Shown here: piece by piece, positions 55,901 to 64,000 of the stretch
Layout of the letters: the number at the start of each line of letters is the position of its first letter
Numbering within the stretch: the first letter of the stretch is position 1
Assembly (NCBI GenBank): GCA_964016885.1
Contig: OZ024742.1
Location: forward strand, 21,328,001 to 21,392,000
Direction of reading: 5' to 3'
From: Eledone cirrhosa
Lineage: Eukaryota
DNA: 64,000 nt
Position numbers and translations under genes: made by a program
Notes under the pieces: generated by a model
Told to the model about the DNA's origin: nothing
Database searches by the model: none
Seen by the model: the letters and a program-made list of their open reading frames with translations, nothing else

Positions 55901-58900
55901 TACTGATACTGCCACTCCATGCTGCAACAATGGTGTCTAATGTTCTACTGATACTGCCACTCCATGCTGCAGTGATGTCTGATGTTCTACTGATACTGCC
56001 ACTCCATGCTGCAGCAATGTTGTCTGATGTTCTACTGATACTCCCACTCCATGCTGCAACAATGTTGTCTGATGTTCTACTGATACAGCCACTCCATGCT
56101 GGAGTGGTGTCTGATGTTCTACTGATACTGCCACTCCATGCTGCAACAATGTTGTCTGATGTTCTACCGATAATGCCACTCCATGCTGCAACAATGGTGT
56201 CTGATGTTCTACTGATACTGCCACTCCATGCTGCAACATTGGTGTCTGATGTTCTACTGATACTGCCACTCCATGCTGCAACAAGTTTGTCTGATGTTCT
56301 ACTGATACTGCCACTCCATGCTGCAACAATGGTGTCTGATGTTCTACTAACACTGCCACTCCATGCTGCAACAATGGTGTCTGATGTTCTACTGATACTC
56401 CCACTCAATGTTGCAACAATGTTGTCTGATGTTCTACTGATACTGCCACTCCATGCTGCAACAATGGTGTCTGATGTTCTACTGATACTGCCACTCCATG
56501 CTGCAACACTGGTGTCTGATGTTCTACTGATACTGCCACTCCATGCTGCAACAAGTTTGTCTGATGTTCTACTGATACTGCCACTCCATGCTGCAACAAT
56601 GGTGTCTGATGTTCTACTAACACTGCCACTCCATGCTGCAACAATGGTGTCTGATGTTCTACTGATACTCCCACTCTATGCTGCAACAATGTTGTCTGAT
56701 GTTCTACCGATACTGCCACTCCATGCTGCAACAATGGTGTCTGATGTTCTACTGATACTCCCGCTCCATGCTGCAACACTGGTGTCTGATGTTCTACTGA
56801 TACTGCCACTCCATGCTGCAACACTGTTGTCTGATGTTCTACTGATACAGCCACTCCATGCTGCAACAATGGTGTCTGAAGTTCTACTGATACTGCCACT
56901 CCATGCTGCAACATTGGTGTCTGATGTTCTACTGATACTCCCACTCCATGCTGCAACAATGTTGTCTGATGTTCTAATGATACTGCCACTGCATGCTGCA
57001 ACAATGGTGTCTGATGTTCTACTGATACTGCCACTCCATGCTGCAACAATGGTGTCTGATGTTCTACTGATACTGTCACTCCATGCTGCAACAATGGTGT
57101 CTGATGTTCTACCGACACTGCCACTCAATGCTGCAACAATTTTGTCTGATGTTCTACTGATACTGCCACTCCATGCTGCAACAATGGTGTCTGATGTTCT
57201 ACTGATACTGCCACTCCATGCTGCAACATTGGTGTCTGATGTTCTACTGATACTGCCACTCCATGCTGCAACAATGTTGTCTGATGTTCTACTGATACTG
57301 CCACTCCATGCTGCAACAATGTTGTTTGCTGTTCTACCGATACTCCCACTCCATGCTGCAACAATGTTGTCTGATGTTCTACTGATACTGCCACTCCATC
57401 CTGCAACAATGTTGTCTGATGTTCTACCGATACTCCCACTCCATACTGCAACAATGGTGTCTGCTGTTCTACTGATACTCCCACTCCATGCTGCAACAAT
57501 GTTGTCTGCTGTTCTACCGATACTGCCACTCAATGCTGCAACAATGATGTCTGATGTTCTACTGATACTGCCACTCCATGCTGCAACAATGTTGTCTGAT
57601 GTTCTACTGATACTGCCACTCCATGCTGCAACAATGTTGTCTGATGTTCTACTGATCTGCCACTCCATGCTGCAACAATGTTGTCTGATGTTCTACCGCT
57701 ACTCCCACTCCATGCTGCAACGATGTTGTCTGATGTTCTACTGATACTGCCACTCCATGCTGCAACAATGTTGTCTGATATTCTACCGATACTGCCACTC
57801 CATGCTGTAACAATGGTGTCTGATGTTCTACTGATACTGCCACTCCATGCTGCAACAAGGGTGTCTGATGTTCTACTGATACTGCCACTCCATGCTGCAG
57901 TGGTGTCTGATGTTCTACTGATACTGCCACTCCATGCTGCAGCAATGTTGTCTGATGTTCTACTGATACTCCCACTCCATGCTGCAACAATGTTGTCTGA
58001 TGTTCTACTGATACTGCCACTCCATGCTGCAGTGGTGTCTGATGTTCTACTGATACTGCCACTCCATGCTGCAACAATGTTGTCTGATGTTCTACCGATA
58101 CTGCCACTCCATGCTGCAACATTGGTGTCTGATGTTCTACTGATACTGCCACTCCATGCTGCAACAATGGTGTCTGATGTTCTACTAACACTGCCACTCC
58201 ATGCTGCAACAATGTTGTCTGATGTTCTACTGACACTGCCACTCCATGCTGCAACATTGGTGTCTGATGTTCTACTAACACTGCGACTCCATGCTGCAAC
58301 AATTGTGTCTGATGTTCTACTGATACTGCCACTCCAGGCTGTAACAATGTTGGCTGATGTTCTACTGACACTGCCACTCCATGCTGCAACAATGGTGTCT
58401 GATGTTCTACTGATACTGCCACTCCATGCTGCAACATTGTTGTCTGATGTTCTACTGATACTGCCACTGCATGCTGCAACAATTGTGTCTGATGTTCTAC
58501 TGATACTGCCACTCCATGCTGCAACAATGGTGTCTGATGTTCTACTGATACTGCCACTCCATGCTGCAACAATGGTGTCTGATGTTCTACCGACACTGCC
58601 ACTCCATGCTGCAACAATTTTGTCTGATGTTCTACTGATACTGCCACTCCATGCTGCAACAATGGTGTCTGATGTTCTACTGATACTGCCACTCCATGCT
58701 GCAACAATGTTGTCTCATGTTCTACTGATACTGCCACTCCATGCTGCAACAATGTTGTCTGCTGTTCTACTAACAATCCCACTCCATGCTGCAACAATGT
58801 TGTCTCATGTTCTACTGATACTGCCACTCCATGCTGCAACAATGGTGTCTGATGTTCTACTCATACTGCCACTCCATGCTGCAACAATGGTGTCTGATGT

Positions 58901-61900
58901 TCTACTGATACTGCCACTCCATGCTACAACAATGTTGTCTGATGTTCTACCGATACTCCCACTCCATGCTGCAACGATGGTGTCTGATGTTCTACTGATA
59001 CTCCCACTCCATGCTGCAACAATGGTGTCTGATGTTCTACTGATACTGCCACTCCATGCTGGAGTGGTGTCTGATGTTCTACCGATACTCCCACTCCATG
59101 CTGCAACAATGGTGTCTGATGTTCTACTGATACTGCCACTCCATGCTGCAACAATGGTGTCTGCTGTTCTACTGATACTGCCACTCCATGCTGCAACAAT
59201 GGTGTCTGATGTTCTACTGATACTCCCACTCCATGCTGCAACAATGTTGTCTGCTGTTCTACCGATACGGCCAATCCATGCTGCAACAATGGTGTCTGAT
59301 GTTCTACCGATACTGCCACTCCATGCTGCAACAATGTTGTCTGATGTTCTACTTATACTGCCACTCCATGCTGCAACAATTTTGTCTGATGTTCTACCGA
59401 TACTCCCACTCCATGCTGCAACAATGTTGTCTGATGTTCTACTGATACTGCCACTCCATGCTGCAACAATATTGTCTGATGTTCTACCGATACTGCAACT
59501 CCATGCTGCAACAATGGTGTCTGATGTTCTACTGATACTGCCACTCCATGCTGCAACAATGTTGTCTGATGTTCTACCGATACTGCCACTCCATGCTGCA
59601 ACAATGTTGTCTGATGTTCTACTGATACTGCCACTCCATGCTGCAGTGTCTGATGTTCTACTGATACTGCCACTCTATGCTGCAGTGTCTGATGTTCTAC
59701 TGATACTGCCACTCCATGCTGCAACAATGTTGTCTGATGTTCTACTGATACTGCCACTCCATGCTGCAGTGTCTGATGTTCTACTGATACTGCCACTCCA
59801 TGCTGCAGTGTCTGATGTTCTACTGATACTGCCACTCCATGCTGCAACAATGTTGTCTGATGTTCTACTGATACTGCCACTCCATGCTGCAGTGTCTGAT
59901 GTTCTACTGATACTGCCACTCCATGCTGCAGTGTCTGATGTTCTACTGATACTGCCACTCCATGCTGCAACAATGTTGTCTGATGTTCTACTGATACTGC
60001 CACTCCATGCTGCAGTGTCTGATGTTCTACTGATACTGCCACTCTATGCTGCAGTGTCTGATGTTCTACTGATACTGCCACTCCATGCTGCAACAATGTT
60101 GTCTGATGTTCTACTGATACTGCCACTCCATGCTGCAGTGTCTGATGTTCTACTGATACTGCCACTCCATGCTGCAGTGTCTGATGTTCTACTGATACTG
60201 CCACTCCATGCTGCAACAATGTTGTCTGATGTTCTACCGATACTGCCACTCCATGCTGCAACAATGGTGTCTGATGTTCTACTGATACTCCCACTCCATG
60301 CTGCAACAATGTTGTCTGATGTTCTACTGATACTGCCACTCCATGCTGCAGTGTCTGATGTTCTACTGATACTGCCACTCTATGCTGCAACAATGGTGTC
60401 TGATGTTCTACTGATACTGCCACTCCATGCTGCAACAATGTTGTCTGATGTTCTACTGATACTGCCACTCCAAGATGCAACATTGGTGTCTGATGTTCTA
60501 CTGATACTGCCACTCCATGCTGCAACAATGATGTCTGCTGTTCTACTGATACTGCCACTCCATGCTGCAACATTGGTGTCTGAGGTTCTACTGATACTGC
60601 CACTCCATGCTGCAACATTGGTGTCTGATGTTTTACTGATACTGCCACTCCATGCTGCAACAATTGTGTCTGCTGTTCTAACGATACTGCCACTCCAAGA
60701 TGCAACATTGGTGTCTGATGTTCTACTGATACTGCCACTCCATGCTGCAACAATGGTGTCTGCTGTTCTACTGATACTGCTACTCCATGCTGCAACAATG
60801 GTGTCTGCTGTTCTACCGATACTGCCACTCCATGCTGCAACATTGGTGTCTGATGTTCTTCCGATACTGCCACTCCATGCTGCAACAATGTTGTCTGATG
60901 TTCTACCGATACTGCCACTCCATGCTGCAACAATGTTGTCTGATGTTCTACTGATACTCCCACTCCATGCTGCAACATTGGTGTCTGATGTTCTACTGAT
61001 ACTCCCACTCCATGCTGCAACATTGGTGTCTGATGTTCTACTGATACTGCCACTCCATGCTGCAACACTGGTGTCTGATGTTCTACTGATACTGCCACTC
61101 CATGCTGCAACAATTGTGTCTGATGTTCTACTAACACTGCCACTCCATGCTGCAACAATGGTGTCTGATGTTCTACTAACACTGCCACTCCATGCTGCAA
61201 CAATGGTGTCTGATGTTCTACTGATACAGCCACTCCATGCTGCAACAATGTTGTCTGATGTTCTACTGATACTCCCACTCCATGCTGCAACATTGGTGTC
61301 TGATGTTCTACTGATACTCCCACTCCATGCTGCAACATTGGTGTCTGATGTTCTACTGATACTGCCACTCCATGCTGCAACACTGGTGTCTGATGTTCTA
61401 CTGATACTGCCACTCCATGCTGCAACAATTGTGTCTGATGTTCTACTAACACTGCCACTCCATGCTGCAACAATGGTGGCTGATGTCCTACTGACACTGC
61501 CACTCCATGCTGCGACAATGGTGTCTGATGTTCTACTGATACTGCCACTCCATGCTGCAACAATGTTGTCTCATGTTCTACTGATACTCCCACTCAATGT
61601 TGCAACAATGTTGTCTGATGTTCTACTGATACTCCCGCTCCATGCTGCAACAATGGTGTCTGATGTTCTACTGATACTGCCACTCCATGCTGCAACACTG
61701 TTGTCTGATGTTCTACTGATACAGCCACTCCATGCTGCAACAATGGTGTCTGAAGTTCTACTGATACTGCCACTCCATGCTGCAACAATGTTGTCTGATG
61801 TTCTAATGATACTGCCACTGCATGCTGCAACAATGGTGTCTGATGTTCTACTGATACTGCCACTCCATGCTGCAACAATGGTGTCTGATGTTCTACCGAC

Positions 61901-64000
61901 ACTGCCACTCCATGCTGCAACAATTTTGTCTGATGTTCTACTGATACTGCCACTCCATGCTGCAACAATGGTGTCTGATGTTCTACTGATACTCCCGCTC
62001 CATGCTGCAACAATGGTGTCTGATGTTCTACTGATACTGCCACTCCATGCTGCAACACTGTTGTCTGATGTTCTACTGATACAGCCACTCCATGCTGCAA
62101 CAATGGTGTCTGAAGTTCTACTGATACTGCCACTCCATGCTGCAACAATGTTGTCTGATGTTCTAATGATACTGCCACTGCATGCTGCAACAATGGTGTC
62201 TGATGTTCTACTGATACTGCCACTCCATGCTGCAACAATTTTGTCTGATGTTCTACCGACACTGCCACTCCATGCTGCAACAATTTTGTCTGATGTTCTA
62301 CTGATACTGCCACTCCATGCTGCAACAATGGTGTCTGATGTTCTACTGATACTGCCACCCATGCTGCAACATTGGTGTCTGATGTTCTACTGATACTGCC
62401 ACTCCATGCTGCAACAATGTTGTCTGATGTTCTACTGATACTCCCACTCCATGCTGCAACGATGGTGTCTGATGTTCTACTGATACTCCGACTTCATGCT
62501 GCAACAATGGTGTCTGATGTTCTACTGATACTGCCACTCCATGCTGCAACAATGGTGTCTGATGTTCTACTGATACTGCCACTCCATGCTGCAACAATGT
62601 TTTCTGATGTTCTACCGATACTCCCACTCCATGCTGCAACAATGGTGTCTGCTGTTCTACTGACAACTCCCACTCCATGCTGCAACAATGTTGTCTGCTG
62701 TTCTACCGATACTGCCACTCCATGCTGCAACAATGTTGTCTGATGTTCTACTGATACTGCCACTCCATGCTGCAACAATGTTGTCTGATGTTGTACTGAT
62801 ACTGCCACTCCATGCTGCAACAATGTTGTCTGATGTTCTACCGATACTCCCACTCCATGCTGCAACATTGGTGTCTGATGTTCTACTGATACTGCCACTC
62901 CATGCTGCAACAATGTTGTCTGATGTTCTACCGATACTGCCACTCCATGCTGTAACAATGGTGTATGATGTTCGAATGATACTGCCACTCCATGCTGCAA
63001 CAATGGTGTCTGATGTTCTACTGATACTGCCACTCCATGCTGCAGTGGTGTCTGATGTTCTACGGATACTGCCACTCCATGCTGCAGCAATGTTGTCTGA
63101 TGTTCTACTGATACTCCCACTCCATGCTGCAACAATGTTGTCTGATGTTCTACTGATACTGCCACTCCATGCTGCAGTGGTGTCTGATGTTCTACTGATA
63201 CTGCCACTCCATGCTGCAACAATGTTGTCTGATGTTCTACCGATACTGCCACTCCATGCTGCAACAATGGTGTCTGATGTTCTACTGATACTGCCACTCC
63301 ATGCTGCAACAATGGTGTCTGATGTTCTACTGATACTGCCACTCCATGCTGCAACAATGGTGTCTGATGTTCTACCGACACTGCCACTCCATGCTGCAAC
63401 AATTTTGTCTGATGTTCTACTGATACTGCCACTCCATGCTGCAACAATGGTGTCTGATGTTCTACTGATACTGCCACTCCATGCTGCAACAATGTTGTCT
63501 CATGTTCTACTGATACTGCCACTCCATGCTGCAACAATGTTGTCTGCTGTTCTACCGATACTCCCACTCCATGCTGCAACAATGGTGTCTGATGTTCTAC
63601 TGATACTGCCACTCCATGCTGCAACAATGGTGTCTGATGTTCTACTGATACTGCCACTCCATGCTGCAACAATGGTGCCTGATGTTCTACCGATACACCC
63701 ACTCCATGCTGCAACGATGGTGTCTGATGTTCTACTGATACTGCCACTCCATGCTGCAACTATGTTGTCTGATGTTCTACCGATACACCCACTCCATGCT
63801 GCAACGATGGTGTCTGATGTTCTACTGATTCTCCCACTCCATGCTGCAACAATGGTGTCTGATGTTCTACTGATACTCCCACTCCATGCTGCAACAATAT
63901 TGTCTGCTGTTCTACCGATACTGCCACTCCATGCTGCAACAATGGTGTCTCATGTTCTACTGATACTGCCACTCCATGCTGCAACAATGTTGTCTGATGT
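40945..64000. repeat. 45-bp tandem satellite (>500 monomers, continues past the right edge)
   Basis: Consensus ccactccatgctgcaacaat(g/t)tgtctgatgttctactgatactg read as ...aatggtgtct... or ...aatgttgtct...; 42-bp and 39-bp variants; multi-kb higher-order duplications. Confidence 0.98.

Noticed and set aside
40945-64000. Giant ORFs (up to 2205 aa) as real genes, or the array as CRISPR
   Set aside because: Pure tandem monomers with no unique spacers or cas genes. The ORFs arise from a 45-bp stop-free unit and have no non-repetitive domain; kept only as a low-weight finding.

Overview
AT-rich animal genomic DNA with no confidently identifiable host gene. The SINE, Penelope-like element (PLE) and microsatellite content suggests a coleoid cephalopod such as Octopus (inference). 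The window has three parts. (1) 1-8768 is a 90-bp satellite with 2407-bp and 1165-bp higher-order duplications. (2) ~8.8-40.9 kb is a repeat-dense interval. It holds tRNA-derived SINEs, a 5'-truncated RTE LINE, a decayed Naiad-type PLE endonuclease, and a 5.7-kb head-to-head inverted pair of Neptune-type PLE copies (RT + GIY-YIG). It also holds many short fold-back PLE 3'-end insertions inside (TA)n tracts, carrying about 15 minimal type-I hammerhead ribozyme motifs (intact or decayed), including a U3:A8 compensatory core variant and two with very long stem II. (3) 40945-64000 is a >23-kb array of a 45-bp unit. Its left junction indicates that the unit is the tandemly amplified A-box head of a tRNA-derived SINE. 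The huge ORFs on both strands of this array are most likely a by-product of a stop-free, in-phase unit. All motif calls were read by eye; no alignment, folding or database search was run.
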